IMG/VR virus record: IMGVR_UViG_3300023504_000199
Direction: 5' to 3' (one strand)
Length of the DNA: 37,110 bases
From: a virus
A model generated the notes under the pieces. The model was given only the letters and a program-made list of their open reading frames with translations, made no database searches and was not told the origin of the DNA. Positions 1 through 9,003 of this stretch are shown here, in pieces; position 1 is the first letter of the stretch; each line of letters begins with the position of its first letter. A program made the translations under genes and the position numbers.

Positions 1-55
1 TCCCTCCTATCTTATAGATCCTTGTACCATGAGTTTTCTTTGAATGTTTTATCAT
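1..55. repeat. 55-bp terminal duplication, copy 1 (identical to 37056..37110); looks like a circular-assembly overlap
   Basis: The string tccctcctatcttatagatccttgtaccatgagttttctttgaatgttttatcat occurs at both window ends. Gene order is continuous across the junction. Confidence 0.9.
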
Positions 56-1370
56 CTTCTTTGAACTTCCATAAGTTTATAGTACAACCTTGATATTTTA
101 TGTATTCAGTCCAAGACTTATGAAAAGTACTTAAACCATAGTAGCCTTTGCAGAATTTTACGGCTTCTGTAAAACTCCATGCTACTCTCTTTGTTCCCCA
201 GCTTATTACGTATACATCAAGGAATCTCGGATTCCCCCATTTTTTTTCAGCTTCGTTATCAGAAGATTTATCCAGGAATATATCGAAGTCAGTAGTATAT
301 CCTCCTGTATCTGTTACTGTAACTATTCCATCTGTATTACCAAATTTACCCTTTAAATAAGGGATATATAATTTGGTCCCATATGGCATGTTATGTGCAC
401 CAACTGTTTTAGCAACCTTTAGTCCTAATCCAGATGCACTTCCACTATCACCGCCATAGCTTGTACAACGTGCTTTTTCAAATCTATATATATATTTATT
501 TCCGTCTATAATGCCTGTTTCATCAAAGCAATTTGGAGTTTCAATCGTAGGTGTTGGTGTAGGTGTTGGTGTTGGTTCCGGCTCATCTCCACTGTCATCT
601 CCTCCAGGATCTGGAATAACTATTTTTTCTGCTATAGCATTTATCAGTACATCTCCTGTTATAGCAAGTATATTTATAACACCATCTGCATAACATTCTT
701 CCGTTATATCTTCGCCTCCCATAATCACAATTACAGAGTTTAATTTATAACCTTCATTTGCTATTATAGTAGCTTTATATGTTGCATTTTCATCAAGCTT
801 CACAGCAAGATTACTTGTCATAGCATTTGTTAAGTTATTAGTTATCGTATATTCAACTTTATCATCTTCATCAAATAACGAATAATCAAAACTCGCTACT
901 TCTATTACAGATGTTTCACCTGTCTCATCATCTAGAAGTGTTAATTTAACTGTACCTTCTGTTTCTATTTCCCCAGCATCGTCCATATCAATTAAGTCAT
1001 CATTAACGTAATATGAAAATTTTTCTGTCGTCACTATTCTTTCATTAGTTTTTTCATCAATAACTAATATTTGACACTCGTATGATCCAGCTATATTTTT
1101 GTAATTATAAGGCAGATTACAATAAAATAAGCCTTTTTGATTTCTACTACTTTGTAATAACTTAGGTGGCAATTTCTCTTTATTTGGATTTATAACAAAT
1201 AAGATAGTTTTATATGACGTTAAATCTATTTCTGCTTTATTTTTAGTTATAAGTATAAAAAAATCCGATGTATTTACATCAGATCTAGAAAAAGATAAAT
1301 TTATATCGTTATACATTTTTTCTGTGATATCTAACTTAACTGTTTTATATCTTTTGTCTATATTACTCAT
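12..1370 (-). CDS. Tail fibre/tail-associated protein with (PT)n linker and C-terminal 3D (MltA-like double-psi beta-barrel) cell-wall-lytic domain
   Basis: 452-aa ORF with GGAGG RBS at 1377-1383. It has an EPEPTPTPTPTPT linker. The C-terminus reads GTKLYIPYL...GIVTVTDTGG...DFDIFLD, typical of 3D domains. It sits after the other tail-tip genes. Confidence 0.6.
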   Translation of the reverse strand: MSNIDKRYKTVKLDITEKMYNDINLSFSRSDVNTSDFFILITKNKAEIDLTSYKTILFVINPNKEKLPPKLLQSSRNQKGLFYCNLPYNYKNIAGSYECQILVIDEKTNERIVTTEKFSYYVNDDLIDMDDAGEIETEGTVKLTLLDDETGETSVIEVASFDYSLFDEDDKVEYTITNNLTNAMTSNLAVKLDENATYKATIIANEGYKLNSVIVIMGGEDITEECYADGVINILAITGDVLINAIAEKIVIPDPGGDDSGDEPEPTPTPTPTPTIETPNCFDETGIIDGNKYIYRFEKARCTSYGGDSGSASGLGLKVAKTVGAHNMPYGTKLYIPYLKGKFGNTDGIVTVTDTGGYTTDFDIFLDKSSDNEAEKKWGNPRFLDVYVISWGTKRVAWSFTEAVKFCKGYYGLSTFHKSWTEYIKYQGCTINLWKFKEDDKTFKENSWYKDL

Positions 1371-1387
1371 TAATATTCCTCCTTATG

Positions 1388-2827
1388 CTATGCTGTTCTA
1401 ATTAGCTTAGGTGTAAATTTATATCCAGTACTATTTTTAACTTTAGAAATATAAATATATATGTATATTTCCGCAAAATCTTCTGTAACAGTAAATGTAG
1501 CACCATCTCCTAAATCCCATGCTAAATCTGTTCCATCTTTTTTCTTTATTGAAAGTCCCCATGTTTTACCTGTTGTTACATCTGAGCGCTTTGGACATCC
1601 AGTTAATTTATAAGTGCCTTTCTTTAGATACTGAGGATAAGATTTATGAGATAAATAGAAAGTGGTACTACTTGTAGGTTGTCCTGTTGTTTCTATACTT
1701 AAATCTGTATTAACCTTAAATTTCATACTATTTAGTGTTAATGTTTTACCTACTTTACAACTTTTATATGTTAATGGCATAAGGTTTATTGTTTCATTTA
1801 TTTCAGATACATCAATTCTCGGTCTATAATCTGGTCTAACTACGAAGACTATATCATCTCTTGATGTCGATTTAGTTCTTATACATACATTTTCTGTAGA
1901 TGTAACATTGTAATATTCAAAATATGTAACCTTACCATTTGCATCACGTTGTATATATTTTTCTTCAGCTACAATTCCAACGTGACTTATATTTTTAAAA
2001 CGATTTTTTATTTTATATGTTCCATCCGCATTTTTGCCTGCATGACAAGTAATATCCCCTGGCATTACTTCATCTATAGGAACAAGTCTACTATAAAAAT
2101 ACTCTGCTATATCTGCAGCATATCTTACTTTTCCTCTATCATGTGCCCATGGGAATTTACTTATAGGAACTATTGTACTTGCATCAATAGTCTTATTATT
2201 CCCTGATGCATTTACAAATGGTGAATTGGCAAAATCTATTCCTAAGAATGCTACTAATACAAGAAATGTAGAGCAATCAAATAATATATTTCCAACTGAA
2301 TTTGTAAGTTTACCTTCAAATATACTCTTTCCAGCTGAATACGTAAATTTTATTTGACCATCAACTCTAGCATCCCAATAACTTCTTGCAGCTTGAACAG
2401 CTTGGTTTGCATAGCAACCACTCCAAACTATTTTATCATCTACATCAAAAGAACTGCCTTGTTCAGCAGTCCCATTTACTCCAAATATACTTTTACCTTT
2501 TACTATATTTTCTCCTTTTAGATTTATATCTCCTAATATAGTTTGATCACCAGCTAGATATTGTCCTTTACTTATTACCTGATTTTGTGTTGTAGGAGTA
2601 TAAATTTTAGCAGAAAGTTTAATATCGTCAGATATTCCTGTTATATTTTCTATTCTTTCTTTTAAAGTTGCATATGGGGCCTTTGCTTCTTCAATTTCTT
2701 TGTTTACATCAACCCCCTGTGTTGAATCTATATAACATTGCCATATAGCATCATGAATAGCTTTTCTTATATCAATCCCATATACAGCATTTTTTATATT
2801 ATTCAATAATTTATTTATACTTGGCAT
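1388..2827 (-). CDS. Tail fibre/host-interaction protein with NlpC/P60-like cysteine peptidase core
   Basis: 479-aa ORF with RBS GGAGGCGAAC upstream. FDCSTF (catalytic Cys context) and ISHVGIV (His context) are spaced as in NlpC/P60. The N-terminal IKNAVYGIDIRKAIHDAI motif is typical of phage fibre N-termini. Confidence 0.55.
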   Translation of the reverse strand: MPSINKLLNNIKNAVYGIDIRKAIHDAIWQCYIDSTQGVDVNKEIEEAKAPYATLKERIENITGISDDIKLSAKIYTPTTQNQVISKGQYLAGDQTILGDINLKGENIVKGKSIFGVNGTAEQGSSFDVDDKIVWSGCYANQAVQAARSYWDARVDGQIKFTYSAGKSIFEGKLTNSVGNILFDCSTFLVLVAFLGIDFANSPFVNASGNNKTIDASTIVPISKFPWAHDRGKVRYAADIAEYFYSRLVPIDEVMPGDITCHAGKNADGTYKIKNRFKNISHVGIVAEEKYIQRDANGKVTYFEYYNVTSTENVCIRTKSTSRDDIVFVVRPDYRPRIDVSEINETINLMPLTYKSCKVGKTLTLNSMKFKVNTDLSIETTGQPTSSTTFYLSHKSYPQYLKKGTYKLTGCPKRSDVTTGKTWGLSIKKKDGTDLAWDLGDGATFTVTEDFAEIYIYIYISKVKNSTGYKFTPKLIRTA

Positions 2828-2838
2828 CTGTTCGCCTC

Positions 2839-3024
2839 CTAATTTATACTATTAAGCTTATCCTTTAGTGAGTTATATTCCCCTTTTGCATATATTATTT
2901 CTAAATTGGGATTCCCCACATTTGCTCCTTGGATATAACACTCTTTAATAGCTTCTTGTATAGCTTTTAAAACATCTGTTACAAATACTGCAGTTTTAAT
3001 TTTATCTAGCCAAATTGTTATCAT
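2839..3024 (-). CDS. Small protein paralogous to the N-terminal module of the 479-aa fibre protein
   Basis: 61-aa ORF whose start overlaps the stop of the upstream gene. By eye it is about 35-40 percent identical to residues 10-63 of the 1388..2827 product (IK.AV...D..KAI..AI..CYI ... EI..AK..Y..LK). Confidence 0.5.
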   Translation of the reverse strand: MITIWLDKIKTAVFVTDVLKAIQEAIKECYIQGANVGNPNLEIIYAKGEYNSLKDKLNSIN

Positions 3025-4391
3025 GTAGTTGTACCTCCTTCTAATTTTGTTAGTCTCTCTTTAATGTTTTTAATTTCGTTATTTACTTTATTGAAATTTT
3101 CATTTATTGTATTAACAAAATTATTATATGTTGTCTTTTTAACATATCCGGATAAATCGCCTTCCAATATTTCAACTTTTTTTGTATTAGTTGTTACACT
3201 CTTATTTATTTTTTCTACTTTTTTAGCTGTATTTTCTACTTCTAATTTTATTTGTTCATAATTAGTTACTTGTTTTTTCGATTCTAGCTGATAATCCTTT
3301 ATATCAACTACTTTGTCTCCAAATGTAAGACTTGAAGTATGAGGATTATTAATATCTATTGTTTCTTTTACAACTCTTACATAATAATCGACATTAAAAA
3401 AAGGAACATCTAACTTGTAAAAGTTCCCCAAAGTAAATGCATCATATTTAAGTCCTAATATACTTAAATCTAATGCGGTTATATTGTTACTAATACTTAA
3501 TTTCTGTGTTTTTAGAAATTCTATAGCATTTTGCTTTAATGCATCTTTATCTTCTTCATCATCATACTCTAAAATTTTAGTAACATATCCAATTTTTTTT
3601 ATCAATTCTTCATCTTCAATATAAAGACTATTATTATTTATACTCGCTATAGTTATCCTTTCTTCACTGTCTACTTCTTTTCCCTCGCTATCTGTAGTCT
3701 TTAATTTTGCTCCAACTGGCATAACTCTTGAATAACATTGTGTTGGATCTATATCTTCTTCAAATTTTTTTAGATTAACACCTAATTTTATTTCTGTCTC
3801 TGTATATTCTCCTATTATATCTTTATAGTCGAAATAATTTATATTTTTTTCAGTTCTTATATTTACCTCTCCACCGTAAGAAGATATTAAATCTTTTATA
3901 TTTTCTAGAGAATCTTTATAATTTAGTACTATTTTTTCCTCTGCATCTACTTTGAGTGTTATTTCTCCTATATATATTTTCTTCCAATCTTCTACACATA
4001 AATTATGTGTATTTAATAAGGCAGTAATAGCTTCATTTATCGAATTATATTCCCCATAAACTTGTACACTATCTATTAGATATCCCAACTTATCTTCAGC
4101 TTTAAAAGTCTTATAAACTTTACCTTCGCTTTCTAATAAATTAGATTGTTTTAAAATCCTTCCTTCAAATACATTCTTATTTGTAAAAGTATTTAACACT
4201 CTTATTTGTGTTTTCATTGGATTTAAATAATTATATCCAATATTATCTAGAGGAATATCAAATTCAAAATTACCTACAGCATTTCTTTCTTTATTTATTT
4301 TCCCACTTAATAAACGTTTTGATATATCTTTTGCTGTAATATCACCTATTACAATATCATTATTTTCGTGATTTATAATTACCTGATACAT
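3021..4391 (-). CDS. Tail tip / Tal-like protein (prophage tail endopeptidase-family position)
   Basis: 456-aa ORF immediately after the Dit-like gene, with an ATGA-type overlap at 4391. It has a C-terminal coiled coil. The call is by synteny TMP-Dit-Tal. Confidence 0.6.
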   Translation of the reverse strand: MYQVIINHENNDIVIGDITAKDISKRLLSGKINKERNAVGNFEFDIPLDNIGYNYLNPMKTQIRVLNTFTNKNVFEGRILKQSNLLESEGKVYKTFKAEDKLGYLIDSVQVYGEYNSINEAITALLNTHNLCVEDWKKIYIGEITLKVDAEEKIVLNYKDSLENIKDLISSYGGEVNIRTEKNINYFDYKDIIGEYTETEIKLGVNLKKFEEDIDPTQCYSRVMPVGAKLKTTDSEGKEVDSEERITIASINNNSLYIEDEELIKKIGYVTKILEYDDEEDKDALKQNAIEFLKTQKLSISNNITALDLSILGLKYDAFTLGNFYKLDVPFFNVDYYVRVVKETIDINNPHTSSLTFGDKVVDIKDYQLESKKQVTNYEQIKLEVENTAKKVEKINKSVTTNTKKVEILEGDLSGYVKKTTYNNFVNTINENFNKVNNEIKNIKERLTKLEGGTTT

Positions 4392-5086
4392 TAGATTACC
4401 TCTATTTTATATTTAAATTGTATATTCCCATTGCCAATTATGGTTAATTTATTTACACCTGTATTTAACTTAAAATCCGTACTTTCTGTAGTTCCCATTG
4501 GAATTAGGTATTTTACATTATTTCTATATATTTCAAAGCTATTATCAGCTATAATTTTAGGAACAACTTCAACTATTGAGTTATTAATTAAACTTATTTC
4601 TCTAGCTTCATTTATGATAAACGTTGTTTGTTGTAATATATCTGTTAAAAAACAAAAATCATCCCATAGCATTTCACCTTCATATTCATTTTTTATTCTA
4701 AAAGGATATCCTTCAAAAGTTGCCTTTATAGTTCCATATGTTTTAAGATCTTCAAAGTCAATCTCTATACATTCTGCTAAAAAATGATATCCTGGTGTTA
4801 CTTCATCTCTCAATTCCGTTTTTTCATTGCTTGAATATAACCAGTTTTCTACAACGATCCTTATAGCCTCTAAATTATGTTTAAACATTTCATCTACAAA
4901 AAATTTATATTCTAATTTTCTTGGTTCAAAAATTTGTGAACCATATAAAAAAGAAAAATCATATATAACGTTTGAGAAAGGTATTTCTTCTGTTACCTTC
5001 TTTTTAGCTGGTGTCGAAATATTACGTTCTAGCACTTTTAATCCTAAATCCCAGGAATATTTATTGTTATATTTTATTCCATACAT
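4391..5086 (-). CDS. Distal tail protein (Dit-like, phage tail family)
   Basis: 231-aa ORF directly downstream of the tape measure gene. Size and position are typical of siphovirus Dit. Confidence 0.65.
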   Translation of the reverse strand: MYGIKYNNKYSWDLGLKVLERNISTPAKKKVTEEIPFSNVIYDFSFLYGSQIFEPRKLEYKFFVDEMFKHNLEAIRIVVENWLYSSNEKTELRDEVTPGYHFLAECIEIDFEDLKTYGTIKATFEGYPFRIKNEYEGEMLWDDFCFLTDILQQTTFIINEAREISLINNSIVEVVPKIIADNSFEIYRNNVKYLIPMGTTESTDFKLNTGVNKLTIIGNGNIQFKYKIEVI

Positions 5087-7501
5087 TTAGAGTTGCCACC
5101 TTTCTTTTAATTGTAATCTTTCACCACTTAATTTATCTGTTGTATCAGCTATAGTTTTACTTAATTTTACCTTATCAATTTCTATTACTGGATTATTCAT
5201 ACCTGTTGTTTTTATTGCCTCTTTAAAAGATTCTAATAATATATTTCCTAATCTACTATAATCAATCTCTTTAGATTTTGTTGTATTAGATGTTTTAGGG
5301 TTAAAATTCGATGTTATACTATTTGCCATTTGTTTTGATTTACTTGATATTGCTTTAATTTTATTATCTAAACCTTGTACAAGACCTTCTCCAGTATATT
5401 CTCCAAGTTCCATCATTACTCTTGAAGGCGAATGTATACCAAGTATACCTTTAACCTTTGATGTTATTGCATTAGCTACATTCTTACAGGCATCCTTTAC
5501 TGCATTAACTTTACTTTTTATCCCATTAATAAGGCCTTGAATTGCATTTTTACCTATATTAACTAAGTTTATACCTTTTATTTTGTTTATTATGCCATCT
5601 TTAATACTTTGTGCAACTTGTATAACCCTAGATTTCATGTTATTAAACGTATTTATAAAACCATTCTTTATATTGTTTACTGTGTTTATCACACCACTTT
5701 TCAAAGCATTAATAGAATTAATTACACTACTTTTCAAATTATTAAAAGTATTCATCACATTACTTTTTAAATTATTAAAGGCATTTACAACTTGATTTTT
5801 TAGTTCTATAGCCTTAGCTTTTACTGTGTCCCAGTTTTTATAAAGTAGCACTCCTGCTGCAACAACTGCTGCTATTACAGCTATAATAGCTATTAATGGT
5901 AATGATACTGCTCCTATTCCTACTCCTAGTGCACTTGCAGCAGTCGCAACTGCAGTAAAAATTGGTGCTAAAGTTGTGAGTATTCCAACTAATATTGTTA
6001 TTACAGATACTATAGCTACAATAGCAGCTGATAATTGGGGATTTGCTTGTATCCATTCCGCTATTTTACCTATTACATTAGCAATAGCTAACATTACTGG
6101 TGCAAGGGCCAACTGAATTTGACTTATTGCCTGTGACATTGCAACTGCTGGATCTGAATTTAATGTTTCAACCGAACTATTTAAACCCTCCATATTCTCC
6201 TCTGCATTGCCTAAGTTATCACTCATTCCTAATATTGTATCTGTTATATTTTCGCCATTTTCTTCCCATAGTGTTCCAAAAATCTTTGTTCCAAGTTGAT
6301 TTTGAAGGGTTTTATCATCTACTTCTGATAAAGCTTTTGCTACTTCTTGCATCGCAGTTTTTCCGCCTTCTCCACCTTCTGCAACTGCTTGACCCCACTT
6401 TTGTAGTTGTTCCCCTGAAATACCTACCTTTTGGAATAATTTTGCAGTTTCTGCATCTACACCTTGACCAAACTCAGCTAATACAATACGACCTTCTTTA
6501 AGTCCATCTAATAAAACATCTATATTCCAAGTTCCTGTCTCTACTCCCGCTGCCATTATCCCTTGGATTTCTTCAGCACTATATCCTGCTCTTTCTAACT
6601 GTGAACCATATTCTGTTATTATATCAATTTGGTCTGGTGGGAATCCTATTTTTAGTAAGCTATCTACCATACCTAGAGCTTGTTCATCAGATATATTAAG
6701 ACAGTCTGCAAGTTCATTAGATTCTTGTATTAATTCGGTAAAATCTACATCTCCATATGCAGCACAAATTGCTGCTGCTCCTTGTACTACTCTAGAATTT
6801 GATTCATCTGAAGCATCTGCATTTAATGCCCATTGTCTTCGTATACCTTCTAATGCAGCTTCACTATCTACACCATAGCTTTCTACAATTGCTCCAGCTT
6901 CTTTTACTGCTTGCTTACTCTCTTCAGATACTTCCATACTTATATCTATTTTTGTATCTAGACTAGATGTGTCTAATGCCTGTTCTATAGCTTCTCCTAT
7001 AGTCCCTACTGCTGCCGCTCCTGCTGCAAGGTCTAATAATTCATTTCCAAGACCTTCAACTCCATCTGCTGCTTCATCTGTTGATTCATCTAGTTGTTGC
7101 ATATCTTGCCTTACTTGTTGTATATCATTTCCGGAATCAACATCTTGAAGTGAATTTTGTAGATTTTCTAATTCTCTTTCTGTAAATTCAATTTCTCTTC
7201 TAAAGGCTCTATATTGTTCCTCTCCTATATCCCCACTAGAAAATTTTTGGTCCACTTGTTCCTGTGCATCTTTAAGTCTCTGTAGCTTTTCTTCAGTATT
7301 TTGAATTTGTCTAGCTAATAACTCTTGTTTTTGTGCTAATGCTTCAGTATTACCCGGGTCGAATTTCAAAAGTCGCTCTACATCTCTTAATTCACTTTGC
7401 AAATCAATTGATTTTTTATTTACATCCGATAAAGATTCTTGTAAACCAGTTGTATTTCCATCAATTTCTATAGTAATTCCTTTTATCCTACTTTTTGCCA
7501 T
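5087..7501 (-). CDS. Tail tape measure protein
   Basis: 804 aa with an N-terminal coiled coil, a central hydrophobic TM-like block (AAIVAIVSVITILVGILTTLAPIF...) and repeat-rich C-terminal half. It follows the chaperone pair. RBS GGAGGTGAGGA. Confidence 0.9.
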   Translation of the reverse strand: MAKSRIKGITIEIDGNTTGLQESLSDVNKKSIDLQSELRDVERLLKFDPGNTEALAQKQELLARQIQNTEEKLQRLKDAQEQVDQKFSSGDIGEEQYRAFRREIEFTERELENLQNSLQDVDSGNDIQQVRQDMQQLDESTDEAADGVEGLGNELLDLAAGAAAVGTIGEAIEQALDTSSLDTKIDISMEVSEESKQAVKEAGAIVESYGVDSEAALEGIRRQWALNADASDESNSRVVQGAAAICAAYGDVDFTELIQESNELADCLNISDEQALGMVDSLLKIGFPPDQIDIITEYGSQLERAGYSAEEIQGIMAAGVETGTWNIDVLLDGLKEGRIVLAEFGQGVDAETAKLFQKVGISGEQLQKWGQAVAEGGEGGKTAMQEVAKALSEVDDKTLQNQLGTKIFGTLWEENGENITDTILGMSDNLGNAEENMEGLNSSVETLNSDPAVAMSQAISQIQLALAPVMLAIANVIGKIAEWIQANPQLSAAIVAIVSVITILVGILTTLAPIFTAVATAASALGVGIGAVSLPLIAIIAVIAAVVAAGVLLYKNWDTVKAKAIELKNQVVNAFNNLKSNVMNTFNNLKSSVINSINALKSGVINTVNNIKNGFINTFNNMKSRVIQVAQSIKDGIINKIKGINLVNIGKNAIQGLINGIKSKVNAVKDACKNVANAITSKVKGILGIHSPSRVMMELGEYTGEGLVQGLDNKIKAISSKSKQMANSITSNFNPKTSNTTKSKEIDYSRLGNILLESFKEAIKTTGMNNPVIEIDKVKLSKTIADTTDKLSGERLQLKERWQL
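5495..5800 (-). repeat. In-frame approx. 11-aa periodic repeats inside the tape measure gene
   Basis: VVNAFNNLKSN / VMNTFNNLKSS / VINSINALKSG / VINTVNNIKNG / FINTFNNMKSR / VIQVAQSIKDG ... read from the translation. Confidence 0.5.
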
Positions 7502-7513
7502 ATCCTCACCTCC

Positions 7514-8085
7514 TTAAAATCTATCAAAGTCAGCTTGTGTAGCTCGTCTAGGACCTTTTGCTTCTGGGTTATTAAATCTTACAAATTCATCTATGTATTC
7601 AATTGCCATATAAATTGTCATTGTCTCTAAATCATAGAGTGTTAAACCTGCTTTTTTACATAATAAAAAGAATGATTCAGTTGTAATACCTTCATCATTC
7701 TTTTCATTATTATTACTATTATCTATTTTTTTTTTGAGTTAGGTGAAATACTTCTTAATATAAGATCTTGTAATTCTGTAAATACCTCTGAAATATCAAA
7801 ATCTTCAAATGTATCATACCATGTCATTGGTTCTGGTATACTTTTATCAGCAGTTTTAGCCAATACCCAAACAACATTGTATAATATTTCAAAATTTATA
7901 TTTTCTATATCTCTTACAGTTACACTTTTCTTACTTTTTACACTTTTTTTGTTATTTATAGATTTATCTATTTTTAAAATATCTTTAAAAAAGTCTCTAT
8001 GAAACTGTGCTTTATATCTTAATGGTGTAGCTCCAGTAGATTTAAACCTAACTTCTTTATTATCTATAACTAATGTCTTTTCCAT
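7514..8085 (-). CDS. Tail assembly chaperone, predicted -1 frameshift fusion product (gpGT-like)
   Basis: A slippery A_AAA_AAA lies within the A10 run (plus-strand T run 7726-7735). The -1 frame stays open for about 72 codons (IDNSNNNEKNDEGITTESFF...ADFDRF) and stops at 7514-7516, just before the TMP RBS. The +1 frame closes immediately. Confidence 0.5.
7723..8085 (-). CDS. Tail assembly chaperone (gpG-like, short product)
   Basis: 120-aa ORF between the major tail and tape measure genes. It ends in an A10 run followed by TAG. Confidence 0.7.
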   Translation of the reverse strand: MEKTLVIDNKEVRFKSTGATPLRYKAQFHRDFFKDILKIDKSINNKKSVKSKKSVTVRDIENINFEILYNVVWVLAKTADKSIPEPMTWYDTFEDFDISEVFTELQDLILRSISPNSKKK

Positions 8086-8096
8086 GTTCTATCTCC

Positions 8097-8687
8097 CTAT
8101 GAAGCTTCTTTTTCATATACTTTATCGAACCAAGCATTATAGATTGCATCTGGTGTATTTGTTGTTGTTTTAGTCTTAACTCTCTTATCTCCTTCGCGTG
8201 GATTAGCGACAATTGATAATTCGACTGTATTTGGGTCAACACTATTAGTTTTAGTAGCTGATGCAATTGTAGGTCTACTTACTGTACAGTTATATAATAA
8301 ATGTCTTACTTCTTTTATATCTCCTTCGAATTGGAACATAAGGGCAAATGAGCTTGTTTTAGCATTTGCCACTTCATGCACCACCTTATCCGTATCATCT
8401 TCAACTTCTCCTAATATATCCTTTGAGAAACTTATTGGTACATTAGCTACTTTTAATGTTCCTTCATATCCCTGGTTATTATCACTTGAATAATAGACCA
8501 TATTGTCCGCATAAAATTCGATTAAATCACCTCTAGCATCAAGAGAAATTTCTACACCTCCAGGAATTGCAACTGGTGTTCCATATGTTACTGTACCATT
8601 TTCTTCTATTCCTGTAATTTTAGCATAATGAACATTACATAGACCATATGTTATTTTATTATCTGCTTTAGTATTAGTAGTCGGCAT
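8097..8687 (-). CDS. Major tail protein (phi13-like family)
   Basis: 196 aa, N-terminal ITYGLCNVHYAKI pattern, positioned upstream of the chaperone pair. Confidence 0.8.
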   Translation of the reverse strand: MPTTNTKADNKITYGLCNVHYAKITGIEENGTVTYGTPVAIPGGVEISLDARGDLIEFYADNMVYYSSDNNQGYEGTLKVANVPISFSKDILGEVEDDTDKVVHEVANAKTSSFALMFQFEGDIKEVRHLLYNCTVSRPTIASATKTNSVDPNTVELSIVANPREGDKRVKTKTTTNTPDAIYNAWFDKVYEKEAS

Positions 8688-9003
8688 CTAAAATCACTCC
8701 TATCTCATAAGTTTTTTTAAATAATTCTTCGGAATCAATATAATATTCTATATTTTCATAAAAAATATTATTATCATCTAAAATTTTTTCTAATTTTCCT
8801 TCCAACTCTAAATCTTTTTTATCCGTATATAACTCTATATTTATATTGTCTATTTTCTTATATACTTTATTGTCAGCGCCCATATTATTATCATCATCTA
8901 CAACATAACATATATATGGTGCTTCTTGAGCTTCTTTAAAATGTGAATATGCAACTGGTATTCCAAGTTGATTTAAAATAGAATTTAATTCTTCTAATTT
9001 CAT
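8674..9003 (-). CDS. Tail completion/terminator-position protein (function by synteny only)
   Basis: 109-aa ORF overlapping both neighbours, between the gp10-like gene and the major tail gene. Confidence 0.35.
   Translation of the reverse strand: MKLEELNSILNQLGIPVAYSHFKEAQEAPYICYVVDDDNNMGADNKVYKKIDNINIELYTDKKDLELEGKLEKILDDNNIFYENIEYYIDSEELFKKTYEIGVILDADY

Noticed and set aside
148-693. Plus-strand ORFs 148..360 and 511..693 inside the 452-aa tail gene
   Set aside because: They are fully antisense to a long motif-bearing ORF and have no RBS. The GVGVGVGVG stretch of 511..693 is just the reverse reading of the PT-linker codons.
1949-2206. Plus-strand 85-aa ORF
   Set aside because: It is embedded antisense in the NlpC/P60-like fibre gene. 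The F/I/Y/S-rich composition is typical of the antisense of AT-rich coding DNA.
3064-5090. Plus-strand ORFs 3064..3261, 4431..4787 and 4827..5090
   Set aside because: All are antisense to tightly packed tail genes, have low-complexity hydrophobic translations, and lack RBS signals.
5583-6501. ORFs 5583..5795(+), 6100..6501(+) and 5838..6056(-) inside the tape measure gene
   Set aside because: These alternative-frame or antisense readings follow the tape-measure repeat and TM region. Their Cys/Ser-rich or Leu/Phe-rich low-complexity products make independent genes implausible.
8060-8266. Minus-strand 68-aa ORF overlapping the major tail gene end and the chaperone start
   Set aside because: It is out of frame within 8097..8687 and has no RBS. 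The two flanking genes already account for the coding space.
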